Source of the DNA: Vulcanimicrobiota bacterium
Lineage (GTDB): Bacteria; Vulcanimicrobiota; Vulcanimicrobiia; Vulcanimicrobiales; Vulcanimicrobiaceae
Assembly (NCBI GenBank): GCA_003135555.1
Contig: PLCF01000053.1
Coordinates: 30,131 to 94,130, forward strand
Direction: 5' to 3'
DNA: 64,000 nt
Below the pieces are notes generated by a model. It searched no databases and was not told where the DNA came from. It saw nothing but the letters and a program-made list of their open reading frames with translations. This document shows, piece after piece, positions 21,934 to 30,917 of this stretch (position 1 is the stretch's first letter; every line of letters begins with the position of its first letter). A program made the translations under genes and the position numbers.

Positions 21934-22262
21934 CAGGTCGCGCCACGTTGCGCGCGCTCAGCCGGATCGGCTTGGTCTGCGTCGCGCTCGTCGTGCTGTC
22001 GCTCGTCGGAGCGCAGTACGCGCATGTCATCGGGCGCAATCTGGCCCTGGCGCGTCAGTTGCACGATGTCGAGCGGGACGTCGCGGGCCTCAAGTCACAT
22101 CGCACGCAGCAACAACGCGACATTCGTCGGTTGTCGGACCCGCGCGGCTCGATCCCGGAGATTCACGACCGGCTCCATCTCGTCGGCGACAAGGAAGCGA
22201 TCATCTACCTCAAGCGAGGTCACCCTGCGGCACCGGACCGGCATCACCCGAGCGATCCGTGA
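21930..22262 (+). CDS. septum formation initiator (FtsB/DivIC family)
   Basis: Single TM, coiled coil, LSDP...I.DRLHLV...E tail. Confidence 0.7.
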   Translation: MTGRATLRALSRIGLVCVALVVLSLVGAQYAHVIGRNLALARQLHDVERDVAGLKSHRTQQQRDIRRLSDPRGSIPEIHDRLHLVGDKEAIIYLKRGHPAAPDRHHPSDP

Positions 22263-22642
22263 GCGAGCGCGTCCGCGGTAGCGTCATCAACGTCCACAAT
22301 CTGGGCGCGATCGTGCGCCTCGAGGACGGGCGGCTCGTCGCGGCGCCGATCGGGGACGTGAACAAAAACCGTGCCACGTATACGCGGGCGCTCGAGCACA
22401 AGGAGGTCACGCTGCCGTTCGACCTCGTCGGCAAGATGGTGGTGATCGCGCAGACGCGCATCGACGAGGTCGCCCCGACCGGCGATGTCCCCGCGTTGAC
22501 CGATCCGTCGTTCGAGGCGCAGATCGCGGCCTACCTCAAGTCGACCGAGGAGTGGGCGCCCCCCGACCGCCCGCAGCCGTTCGAACGCCATCTGGTGCGC
22601 AAGCAGCACCGCGCGAAGTTCTTCGAGAGCCGCACCGAATAG
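22259..22642 (+). CDS. divergent S1-domain (YabR-like) protein
   Basis: VRGSVINVHNLGAIVRLEDG and SFEAQIAAYLKSTEE, following divIC as in Firmicutes. Confidence 0.55.
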   Translation: MSERVRGSVINVHNLGAIVRLEDGRLVAAPIGDVNKNRATYTRALEHKEVTLPFDLVGKMVVIAQTRIDEVAPTGDVPALTDPSFEAQIAAYLKSTEEWAPPDRPQPFERHLVRKQHRAKFFESRTE

Positions 22643-22674
22643 GCGACCTGCCCCTTGCCGCAGAAACGCCGCCT

Positions 22675-23553
22675 ATGGCGATCAAGGACGCGCAGGTCGA
22701 TCCCGTCAAGATCCCCGGCTCGGTGGTTCGCCTCGAAGGCGCGTACTCGGGATTGCGCGCGGCCGAACAGCGCGTCGCCGACTTCGTGCTGGCGCACCCC
22801 GAAGAGCTGATCTACCTCACCGTCACGGAGCTGGCAGACCGCACGCACACCAGCGAGTCGACGGTGGTGCGCCTGTGTCAAAAGATCGGCTACAAGGGCT
22901 ATCAAGAGTTCAAGATCGTGCTCGCGCGCGATCTGGTCGAACCGACCCACGCGATCTACGCGGCGATCGAACCCGGCGACGACCTCGCGACGGTGAAGAC
23001 GAAGGTCTTCCAAGCCAACGCCCAGGCGCTGCGCGATACGATCGAGGTGCTCGACGACGACGAGCTGCGCCGATCCGTCGACGCGCTGGCCTCGGCTCGG
23101 CGGGTCGAGATCTACGGCGTCGGCGGCAGCGCCCCGCTCGCGCTCGACGCGTACCACAAATTCCTCAAGGTCGGGATGCAAACGATCGCGCTTTCCGACG
23201 GCGACCTCATGGCGATGTCGTCGGCGCTGCTGGGGCCGCACGACGTCGCGCTGGGGATCTCCCACACCGGTGCGAGCCGCGACGTCACCGATGCGCTGGC
23301 GCGTGCAAAGTCGCACGGCGCGACGGCGATCTGCATAACTCACCGCTCGAACTCGCCGATCACCAAAGTCTCCGACATCGTCTTGGTCACTGCCGCCAAG
23401 CAAACCGCTTTCCGGAGCGACGCCAGCTCGAGCCGCATCGCGCAGCTAGCGATCATCGACACGCTCTACGTCGGCGTCGCGAACCGCAACCACGAGCGTT
23501 CGTTAGAGATGATCCAGCGCACGCGCGAAGCGACGGCATCGAAGCGCTATTAA
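22675..23553 (+). CDS. RpiR/MurR family transcriptional regulator
   Basis: SESTVVRLCQKIGYKGYQEFK HTH; SIS domain YGVGGS, GISHTG. Confidence 0.93.
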   Translation: MAIKDAQVDPVKIPGSVVRLEGAYSGLRAAEQRVADFVLAHPEELIYLTVTELADRTHTSESTVVRLCQKIGYKGYQEFKIVLARDLVEPTHAIYAAIEPGDDLATVKTKVFQANAQALRDTIEVLDDDELRRSVDALASARRVEIYGVGGSAPLALDAYHKFLKVGMQTIALSDGDLMAMSSALLGPHDVALGISHTGASRDVTDALARAKSHGATAICITHRSNSPITKVSDIVLVTAAKQTAFRSDASSSRIAQLAIIDTLYVGVANRNHERSLEMIQRTREATASKRY

Positions 23554-23608
23554 GGGCATCCGGTCGTCCGGCCGGCGTGCCGGCCAGCGGTTCGACGCGG
23601 ACCACGGC

Positions 23609-24199
23609 GTGACGACTGAGGCATTGGTATTCTTGGGCGAGCTCGACCCGCAAGCGATCGGTCCGTCACTCGAGCATGCCACACACTACGAGCCGACGCC
23701 GGTGGCGCAAGCGGAGGCGCTGCTCGCCGCCTCGCCGCTGCGGCCCGAGGACGCGACGTTTATCGATCTCGGCGCCGGCATGGGTCGCGTGGTGCTGCTG
23801 GCCGCGCGGCGGCCGTTTCGCGCCGTGATCGGCGTCGAGATCTCGCCGGCGTTGGTCGAGATCGCCCGCGAGAACCTCGCCTCGGCGCGCGATCCGCTGC
23901 GAATCGTGCGTGACGTCAAGATGGTCCGGGCCGATGCGGCCGGGTACGTCTTCCCGCGTGGCCATCTGGTGGTCTATCTCTACAACCCCTTCCGTGCACC
24001 GCTGCTCGACACGGTATTGGCCAACCTGGCCTCGCGCGGCGAGCGCCGCGAGGTGATCGTGCTCTACCACACGCCGGTCGAACGCGCGACCCTCGATACG
24101 AATGCGGCGTTCGAGCCGCTCGACGATCTGGGCTTCGGCCTGGTCTACCGCCTCAGGGGAGCGACAAAGCAAATCCCCGAACCGCTTCGGCGCGGGTGA
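23609..24199 (+). CDS. class I SAM-dependent methyltransferase
   Basis: FIDLGAGMGR, GVEIS, YLYNPF. Confidence 0.85.
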   Translation: MTTEALVFLGELDPQAIGPSLEHATHYEPTPVAQAEALLAASPLRPEDATFIDLGAGMGRVVLLAARRPFRAVIGVEISPALVEIARENLASARDPLRIVRDVKMVRADAAGYVFPRGHLVVYLYNPFRAPLLDTVLANLASRGERREVIVLYHTPVERATLDTNAAFEPLDDLGFGLVYRLRGATKQIPEPLRRG

Positions 24200-24232
24200 G
24201 CTCCCTCGACGCGCGGAGGCGACCACGCCACG

Positions 24233-27118
24233 GTGAACGGCAAAGTCCGCACAGATAACGGCGAACGAGCCGCTCCCGGCAAGCAGGCGGCTGCGCTTCC
24301 CACGGGGACGGTGACGTTCCTATTCACCGACGTGGAGGGCAGCACGCAGTTGTGGGAGCGCCATCACGACGCGATGCGCAGCGCACTGGCCGACCACGAC
24401 GCACTGCTGCGCGCCGCGGTCGAGGCGCACCGCGGGTTGGTCTTCAAAACGGTCGGCGACGCGGTGTGCGCGGCTTTTCTGCGGCCCGAGGACGCGCTGG
24501 CCGCCGCGCTCGAAGCGCAGCGGGGGCTCAGCGGCCATCCCTGGCCCGAACCGATCGAGCGCTTGCGCGTGCGTATGGCGATCCACACCGGCAGCGCGGT
24601 CGAGACCGAGGGCGACTATTTCGGTCCGACGGTGAATCGCGTCGCGCGGTTAATGTCGATCGGGCACGGCGAGCAGATCCTCGTTTCGAGTACGTCGGCG
24701 CTGCTGTTGCGCGACGTCCTTCCGGCGCAAACCTCACTGCGCGATCTGGGGTCGCATCGCCTCAAGGACCTCAGTCATCCGGAGATCGCCTACCAAGTCG
24801 TTGCGGACGGTCTGCGGGACGACTTCCCAGCGCTGCGTTCGCTCGACGCGCAGTCCAACGGCGCCGTCCCGGATCACAACCTGCCATTGCCGCTGACGAG
24901 CTTCTACGGCCGCGACGGTGAGCTCGCCGCGCTGACGCGCGAGCTGGAAGACCATCGGCTCGTCACCCTGACCGGCTTCGGCGGCGTCGGCAAGACGCGC
25001 TTGGCGCTCGAAGCCGGCTGGAGTTTTCTCGATCAGTTTCCCGATGGCGTGCACATTGTCGAGCTCGCGCCGCTGAGCGATCCGAATCTGGTCGCGCCGC
25101 GCATCGCAACGGCGCTCGGATTGCCCGAGCAAAGCGGTCAGTTGCCCGGCAACCTGTGGGTCGACGCGCTGCGCGCCAAGCGTGCGCTGCTCATCGTCGA
25201 CAATTGCGAGCACGTCTTGCACGCGGTCGGGGACGTGGTCGAGCGTTTGTTGCAGCGCTGTCCCGACTTTCGCGTGTTGGCGACGAGCCGCGAGCCCTTG
25301 CACGTGCGCGGCGAGCGCGTCGTGCGGCTCAGCCCGCTCGCGCTCGCAGCCGCCGGGGCCGGGAGCGGCGCGACGCGCAATGCGCCCGCAGTATCGCTGT
25401 TCCTGGATCGCATCTCCGATACCGCACCGGAGTTCACGATCGCCGATGACGACGCCGAGAGTTGGAGGGCGGTCGCCAACGTCTGCAGCAAGCTCGACGG
25501 GATCCCGCTGGCGCTCGAGCTCGCCGCGGCCCGTGTCTCCACGCTGGGACTGCAAACGCTCGAGCGCGGCCTGGAGAACCGCTTCCGCGTCCTGCGCGGC
25601 GGCTCGCGGACCTCGCTGCCGCGCCAGCAGACCTTATTGGCGACGCTGGAATGGAGCTATACGGTACTCGATGAGCGCGAGCAGTCGGTGTTCAACCGGC
25701 TGGGTGTGTTCGCCGGAACCTTCGCGTCCGACGCGGTCGCCGCCGTGTGCTCGGACGAGCAGATCGACCCCGACGACGTGCTCGACATCCTGTCGTCGTT
25801 GGTCGACAAGTCGCTCGTCGTCGCCGCCGGCGCGCGCCCGGCGACGCGCTACCGTCTGCTCGAGACGACGCGCGCGTACGCGCTGCAGCGCTTGACGACC
25901 GATGCCGCCGCGACAGCGGCGCGCCGGCGCCAGGCCGAGCACTTTCACGGGCTGAGCTTGCGGTTGAATGCGACCTTCGGCAGCGGCCCGTTGGCCGACT
26001 GGTTTGCCACGTACTCGCAGGACGTTGACAACTTCCGCGCCGCGTTGACCTGGACCATTGACGAAGGCGGCGATGCGCTGCTCGGTGCGGGGATCTTGTG
26101 GAACCTGCGGCGCTTGGTGGAATGGCTCAACCTCAACGCCGAAGGCTTGACATGGTGCCAAAAGGCGTTGTCCGCGCTCGGCAGCGCAGCGCCGCCACTG
26201 GTCGAAGCCAACATCCAAATCATCGCGACCCGAATGCATGCCGGGCTGGGCGCGTTTCATGCGGCGATTCCGACCTCGAAACGCGCCGTCGAACTCTATC
26301 GCGCCGTCGGCGCCGAGGTACCGCTGGCGTGCGCGCTGGCGTTCTACGGACGCGCCCAGGCGTCGGTTCCCGACATGCGCGAAACGGCCGATCGCGCGTT
26401 GGACGAATCCCTGGCGATCTTTGCGCGCACCGAAAACCGGCCCGGGTCCGCCGATGATCCCGAAGGCGGCCCGGTCGTACGAGCTCTCTTTACCGCGTTC
26501 GCCACGGCGTACAAGTCGTATACGATCGACCCAACCGACTTTCCGCGGCGACGCGCGTACCTGGCCGAGGCGGTCGAACGCTATCGGGCGATCTCGCCGG
26601 GCCATTTTATCATCGGGACGATGCTGGTCAACCTGAGCGAACTCGAGCTCGAAGCTGCGCAGTACGAGCGCGCCATCGAGCTGGCGCGGCAGGGCCTTGC
26701 ATTTTACCACGGTTCCGGTACGCTCTCCGGTTACATGGGTGCCCTCAATGCGGCAGGTACGGCGGCGCTTGCACTCGGCGACGTCGCCGCAGCCCGGGCC
26801 GACGCCGGCGAGCTGCTCACCCAGGCGCGCCGCCTCGGCAGCGCCCCGGGGCTCGGCATGACGCTGCTGTTGCTTGCCGCAATCGAAGCCATGTCGGGCG
26901 ACGGCACGCGTGCCGCGGGCCTGCTCGGCGCTTGGAGCAGTTGCGGCGGGAAGATCGATACGCCGCAGGCGACGACGCGCTTTTTGTGCGATCGCGCCAA
27001 CGAGTTGCTCGGTACGGCGCTCGGCGATGCCGCTTTGGCGACAGCGGTCGCCGATGGAAGCCGCTGGACGATCGACGAGGCGATCGAGATCGCCCAAGTC
27101 GTGCTCGAAGCGCGCTGA
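24233..27118 (+). CDS. class III adenylate cyclase - STAND NTPase - TPR-like protein
   Basis: FTDVEGST, FKTVGDA, DYFGPTVNRVARL; Walker A GFGGVGKT, Walker B LIVDNCEH, LDGIPLALELAAAR. Confidence 0.9.
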   Translation: MNGKVRTDNGERAAPGKQAAALPTGTVTFLFTDVEGSTQLWERHHDAMRSALADHDALLRAAVEAHRGLVFKTVGDAVCAAFLRPEDALAAALEAQRGLSGHPWPEPIERLRVRMAIHTGSAVETEGDYFGPTVNRVARLMSIGHGEQILVSSTSALLLRDVLPAQTSLRDLGSHRLKDLSHPEIAYQVVADGLRDDFPALRSLDAQSNGAVPDHNLPLPLTSFYGRDGELAALTRELEDHRLVTLTGFGGVGKTRLALEAGWSFLDQFPDGVHIVELAPLSDPNLVAPRIATALGLPEQSGQLPGNLWVDALRAKRALLIVDNCEHVLHAVGDVVERLLQRCPDFRVLATSREPLHVRGERVVRLSPLALAAAGAGSGATRNAPAVSLFLDRISDTAPEFTIADDDAESWRAVANVCSKLDGIPLALELAAARVSTLGLQTLERGLENRFRVLRGGSRTSLPRQQTLLATLEWSYTVLDEREQSVFNRLGVFAGTFASDAVAAVCSDEQIDPDDVLDILSSLVDKSLVVAAGARPATRYRLLETTRAYALQRLTTDAAATAARRRQAEHFHGLSLRLNATFGSGPLADWFATYSQDVDNFRAALTWTIDEGGDALLGAGILWNLRRLVEWLNLNAEGLTWCQKALSALGSAAPPLVEANIQIIATRMHAGLGAFHAAIPTSKRAVELYRAVGAEVPLACALAFYGRAQASVPDMRETADRALDESLAIFARTENRPGSADDPEGGPVVRALFTAFATAYKSYTIDPTDFPRRRAYLAEAVERYRAISPGHFIIGTMLVNLSELELEAAQYERAIELARQGLAFYHGSGTLSGYMGALNAAGTAALALGDVAAARADAGELLTQARRLGSAPGLGMTLLLLAAIEAMSGDGTRAAGLLGAWSSCGGKIDTPQATTRFLCDRANELLGTALGDAALATAVADGSRWTIDEAIEIAQVVLEAR

Positions 27119-27138
27119 GCCGCTAACGCGAGGAAACC

Positions 27139-27822
27139 CTAGCCGTCGGGTTCGCGGATCCCGACCTCATCGAGGTGCCGTCCGAGATCGGCCGGATCTT
27201 CGTAGACGCGGTACGCGCCGCCGCTCTGCAACTCGTCGGACCCGTAGCCGCCGGAGAGCAGGCCGACGCCCAGCGCGCCGGCGCGGCGCGCGGCGAGCAG
27301 ATCCCAGACGGAGTCACCGACGACGATGCTGTGCTCGATCGCGACGTCGAGCCGCTCGGCGGCGCGCAAGAAGAGATCCGGATCGGGCTTGGCATGAGCG
27401 ACGTCGTCGCGCGTAACGACCGGCACGTGCGACGGTACGTCGAGCAGCGCCACGGTGCGCGCCGCGACCTCGCCGCCGCCGCTGGTGGCGATCGCCCACG
27501 GCGCGCCGAGCCGCGTCAGGGTTTCTAGCAGCTCACGCGCTCCGGGCAGCGGCGTCACCTCGTGGAAGCGCGCGGCGTACGCGGCGGCATGGCGGCGCCG
27601 CAGCTCGGCGGCGACCTCCGGATCGAGCTCGCGGCCCAGCTCGCGCATCAGACCGCGCACGAACAAGCCTCCGCTCATCCCGATCTTGCGATGGATGCGC
27701 CACATCGAGAGCGTGATGCCGCACCCGCTCAGCGCCTCGTGCCAGGCTGCAACGTGCTGATAGACCGAATCGACCAGCGTCCCGTCGAGGTCGAAGAGCA
27801 TCGCGGGTGCCCGGCGTGCCAT
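27139..27822 (-). CDS. HAD-family phosphatase
   Basis: FDLDGTLVDS, ATS, KPDP, VGDSVWD. Confidence 0.9.
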   Translation of the reverse strand: MARRAPAMLFDLDGTLVDSVYQHVAAWHEALSGCGITLSMWRIHRKIGMSGGLFVRGLMRELGRELDPEVAAELRRRHAAAYAARFHEVTPLPGARELLETLTRLGAPWAIATSGGGEVAARTVALLDVPSHVPVVTRDDVAHAKPDPDLFLRAAERLDVAIEHSIVVGDSVWDLLAARRAGALGVGLLSGGYGSDELQSGGAYRVYEDPADLGRHLDEVGIREPDG

Positions 27823-27859
27823 GCGGGTCGCTTCGCGTTGCCGCTCGAACCGCCCGCCC

Positions 27860-28798
27860 GTGGTGCGCGCGCTGTTCTCGATCGGGACGAACTCGACGCG
27901 GCTGCTCGTCCTCGACGGCGACGCACGTCGCGCGGCGGAGTCGCGCGGGACACGTATCGGCACGGCGCTCGGCGCGACCGGGACGATTGACGCCCAGGCG
28001 CGCGAGCGCACCCTCGCGGTGATCGACGAGTATGCCGGCATCGCGCGCAGGTGGGGCGCCGGCGCAGTCGATGCGATCGCGACCAGCGCGCTGCGCCGCG
28101 CATCCGACGGCGTCGGATTCGGCGACGAGATCGCCGCCCGGGTCGGCGTCGCGCCGCGCATCCTGAGCGGTGCGGAAGAGGCGACCTACTCGTTCCTCGG
28201 CGCGACCGCGGGGCGCGAGGGCGGCGGGGCGGTCGGGGTGCTCGACGTCGGCGGCGGCAGCGCCGAGCTCGCCGTGGACCACCCGGCCCGCGCCCGGGCG
28301 AGCGGCACGGTGCAGCGCGCGATCTCGCTCGAGATCGGCGCGGTACGCCTCTCCGAACGCCATCCGGCGCTGCTCGGTGAGCACGCGCTGGGCGAGAGCG
28401 AGCGGCGCGCGCTCGAAGCGGAGGCGCGCGCCGACGCGGCCATGGTCCTCGCACCGTTCGCCGAGCTGCGGGGATTCGAGGAGCTGATCGCGGTCGGCGG
28501 GACGGTGTTTACCGCAGCCGCGATGGTCGCCGGGGACGTTCGCGACGGCGCGACGATGACGCGCGACGACGCCCGCCGTCTGATCGACGCGCTCCTCGCC
28601 CGCGACCTCGACGCGCGCAAAGCGATGCCGCAGATCCGCCCGCAGCGCGCGGACATCCTACCGGCCGGGCTGATCGTCGTCGACGAGGCCTGCCGGCTGC
28701 TCGACGTCGAGCGGTTCACGGTGAGCGAAGCCGATCTGCTCCTCGGCTACCTCACCTCGGCGCAGTTCCGCGCGGCCCCGTTGCCTTCGAGGCGGTAG
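27860..28798 (+). CDS. ppx: Ppx/GppA family phosphatase (short form)
   Basis: IGTNSTRL, ATSALR, GAEEA, DVGGGSAE, RADIL..G; start approximate. Confidence 0.85.
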   Translation: MVRALFSIGTNSTRLLVLDGDARRAAESRGTRIGTALGATGTIDAQARERTLAVIDEYAGIARRWGAGAVDAIATSALRRASDGVGFGDEIAARVGVAPRILSGAEEATYSFLGATAGREGGGAVGVLDVGGGSAELAVDHPARARASGTVQRAISLEIGAVRLSERHPALLGEHALGESERRALEAEARADAAMVLAPFAELRGFEELIAVGGTVFTAAAMVAGDVRDGATMTRDDARRLIDALLARDLDARKAMPQIRPQRADILPAGLIVVDEACRLLDVERFTVSEADLLLGYLTSAQFRAAPLPSRR

Positions 28799-28827
28799 CG
28801 AGTCCAGATGCGGCGAATCGCCGCCGC

Positions 28828-29173
28828 GGGATGATGGTGGAATTGGCAGACACAGCAGACTTGTGAACGATGAGCCGGCCGGACGGAAACGCCGGTCGGG
28901 ATGCGCTCAAAGTCGGCGAACTCGTCGCAGCGAAGCACGACAACGCCGAGCCAAGCCCGCTTCACGGCCCAGGCCGTGCGCGGGAAGGTGTAGAGACTGG
29001 ACGGGCGCGGCCTACCCTCGTTCGCGATAACGAACGAGTACGGTCAAGGCACAGTCCGGACCACGAACGGAGATGTCACCCTGAGCCGGTGCCCCTCGGG
29101 CGGCGAAAGCCGAAGTGGTGCGAAAATTTGCAGCCCGTAAAACGGCGTCCGGGTTCGAGTCCCGGTCATCCCA
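28828..29173 (+). tRNA. trnL-UAA: tRNA-Leu(UAA), interrupted by a group I intron; exons 28828-28862 and 29123-29173
   Basis: Acceptor GGGATGA/TCATCCC, D-loop GGAATTGGCAGAC, anticodon stem GCAGA/TTTGC, spliced loop CU-UAA-AA, long variable arm, GGTTCGAGTCC; CCA not encoded. Confidence 0.92.
28863..29122 (+). ncRNA. self-splicing group I intron (IC3-like), 260 nt, no ORF
   Basis: CAAAGTCGGCGAAC, AACGCCGAGCCAAGC, GAAGGTGTAGAGACTGGACGG, AAGGCACAGTCC core segments; U before the 5' splice site; terminal G at 29122. Confidence 0.92.
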
Positions 29174-29252
29174 TCAGACGAACCGCAACCGCGCGCAAAT
29201 CGCGCAACGTGTTGGTGCGCGCCCGGAGAAGCCGCAGGCTGTCGCGCACCAC

Positions 29253-29816
29253 CTACGCGCCGTCGGTGGCCGCTGGGCGGCCGAGCCCTTCCAGGACGAC
29301 GGCGTTGGGCAGTTCCGCGAGTGCCGCGCCGGGGAGTGAGATTTTCGAGCGTCTGAGCCCGCTGCCGACGACGACGCGGTCCGCTGCCGCGACCGCCGCG
29401 TCGATGAGGATGGGCCACTCGACAGGAAGACCGATCGGCGTGATCCCGCCGAACTCCATCTCCGACGCCGCCGTCGCCGCGTCCATCGACGCGAACGAGA
29501 TCTTGCTCGCACCGAGTTGACGCTTCGCCAGCCCGTTCACGTCGGCGCGCGTGGTCGCGAGCACGACGCACGCGGCGAACCAGCTGCGCCCTTCGCGGCG
29601 CGCGGCCAAGATCACGCAGTTCGCCGAACGATCCATCGGGACGCCGTAGCGCGCGCAGAAGGCCTGGGTGTCGGCGAGCTGCGGGTCGATCTCGGCCACG
29701 AACATCGCGTCCGGCGACACGGCTCCCGACCACGCTTCAACCGCCGCGGCGACGGGCACGGCGACCAAGTCCGGTCGCGCGCGGATGGGTTGTGCGTCCA
29801 AGGTCCCGATCGTCAT
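29253..29816 (-). CDS. YbaK/EbsC (aminoacyl-tRNA editing) family protein
   Basis: SANCVI, MEFGGITPIGLP, GSGLRRSKI; start MTIGTLD. Confidence 0.85.
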   Translation of the reverse strand: MTIGTLDAQPIRARPDLVAVPVAAAVEAWSGAVSPDAMFVAEIDPQLADTQAFCARYGVPMDRSANCVILAARREGRSWFAACVVLATTRADVNGLAKRQLGASKISFASMDAATAASEMEFGGITPIGLPVEWPILIDAAVAAADRVVVGSGLRRSKISLPGAALAELPNAVVLEGLGRPAATDGA

Positions 29817-29871
29817 CGACGCTGCGTTCCCGGTTCGCCGCGCGGGAAGCCTGCGTGCACCGAGGGCCGGC

Positions 29872-29900
29872 TTGACCGCGTAAATGGAATATATTAGTTT
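29872..29900 (+). promoter_or_regulatory. probable sigma70 promoter of etfBA
   Basis: TTGACC-N17-TAGTTT in an AT-rich patch. Confidence 0.6.
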
Positions 29901-29999
29901 TAAGCGGTTGCAGGGCATCCGAGCCCCGCAGCCCGAACTGCTGGAGGTTCCCGCAGACCCGGCGAGCCGCCGGGTTTCGTGCGTCCGGAGGTTGGTCCG

Positions 30000-30788
30000 C
30001 TGAAGATCCTCGTCACCGTCAAGCTCGTCCCGGACACGAATGCCGACAAGCGCATCGACCCGGCGACCAAACGCCTCGTCCGTACGGGCGTCGAAACGGT
30101 CCTCAACCCGTTCGACGAGTACGCCATCGAAGCGGCGCTGCAACTCAAAGAGAAGCTCAACGATGGTTCTACCGTGACCATCGTCTCGATGACCAGCCCG
30201 TCGGGCAAAGAGATCGTTCGCAAAGCGCTGGCAATGGGCGCCGATGACGCGGTGATGCTGTGCGACGACGCCGTCGCGGGCAGCGATCTGTGGGGCACGG
30301 CGGTCGCGTTGGCGGCGACGATCAAGACCCTGGGTGCCGACCTGGTGATCACCGGGACGCAGTCGACCGACGCGATCAGCGGCGACCTGCCGGGGATGCT
30401 CGCCGAGAAGCTCGGCATCCCCGGTCTTACCTACGCGCGCAAGCTCGACGTTGCCGACGGGCGCGTGCGAGTCGAGCGCGAGACCGAGACGGGCTACATG
30501 ACGGTCTCCGCCGCGCTCCCGGCGCTGGTGAGCGTGACGAAATCCGCCAACGAGCCGCGTTACCCGTCGCTCAAAGGCATCATGGGCGCCAAGAAAAAGG
30601 AGATCAAGCAGCTCGCGGTCGCCGATCTCGGCTTGACCGTCGCCGTCGGTACCGACGGTGCGAAAGCGCAGCTGACCGATCTCGCCACGCCGCCGGCGCG
30701 CGCAAAGGGTCAAACGATTGCGGCCCCCGATCCCGCAGCGGGTGCCGCGGCGATCGTGCAGTTCCTCAAAGAGCGGAAGTTCCTATGA
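30000..30788 (+). CDS. etfB: electron transfer flavoprotein beta subunit
   Basis: KILVTVKLVPD, NPFDEYAIEAAL, ALAMGAD, NEPRYPSLKGIM; probable CTG start at 30000 after GGAGG. Confidence 0.93.
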   Translation: MKILVTVKLVPDTNADKRIDPATKRLVRTGVETVLNPFDEYAIEAALQLKEKLNDGSTVTIVSMTSPSGKEIVRKALAMGADDAVMLCDDAVAGSDLWGTAVALAATIKTLGADLVITGTQSTDAISGDLPGMLAEKLGIPGLTYARKLDVADGRVRVERETETGYMTVSAALPALVSVTKSANEPRYPSLKGIMGAKKKEIKQLAVADLGLTVAVGTDGAKAQLTDLATPPARAKGQTIAAPDPAAGAAAIVQFLKERKFL

Positions 30789-30917
30789 TTTGCGATCAGG
30801 TTGTTGCGGGCTACCTCGGGGTATCGTGCCCCGTCCGCATGTTGACGAGCCCGCGCTTGCGGGGGCCCCATCGCCTAGCGATGGGGGGCGCGCAGCCAGG
30901 GGCGGAGCGCCGTTAAA
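30785..30917 (+). repeat. MIRU-like intergenic repeat copy 1 with 43-aa bridging mini-ORF
   Basis: GGGGGCCCCA-hairpin-TGGGGGGCGCGCAGC..GCGGAGCGCCGTTAA shared with 36340 and 48556. Confidence 0.75.

Noticed and set aside
29173..29260. Integrated element at the tRNA-Leu 3' end
   Set aside because: No integrase and no duplicated tRNA 3' end seen in the window.
28870..29520. Homing endonuclease ORF in the intron
   Set aside because: The ORF crosses the intron and tRNA exon, has no LAGLIDADG/HNH/GIY-YIG motif, and the intron is only 260 nt.
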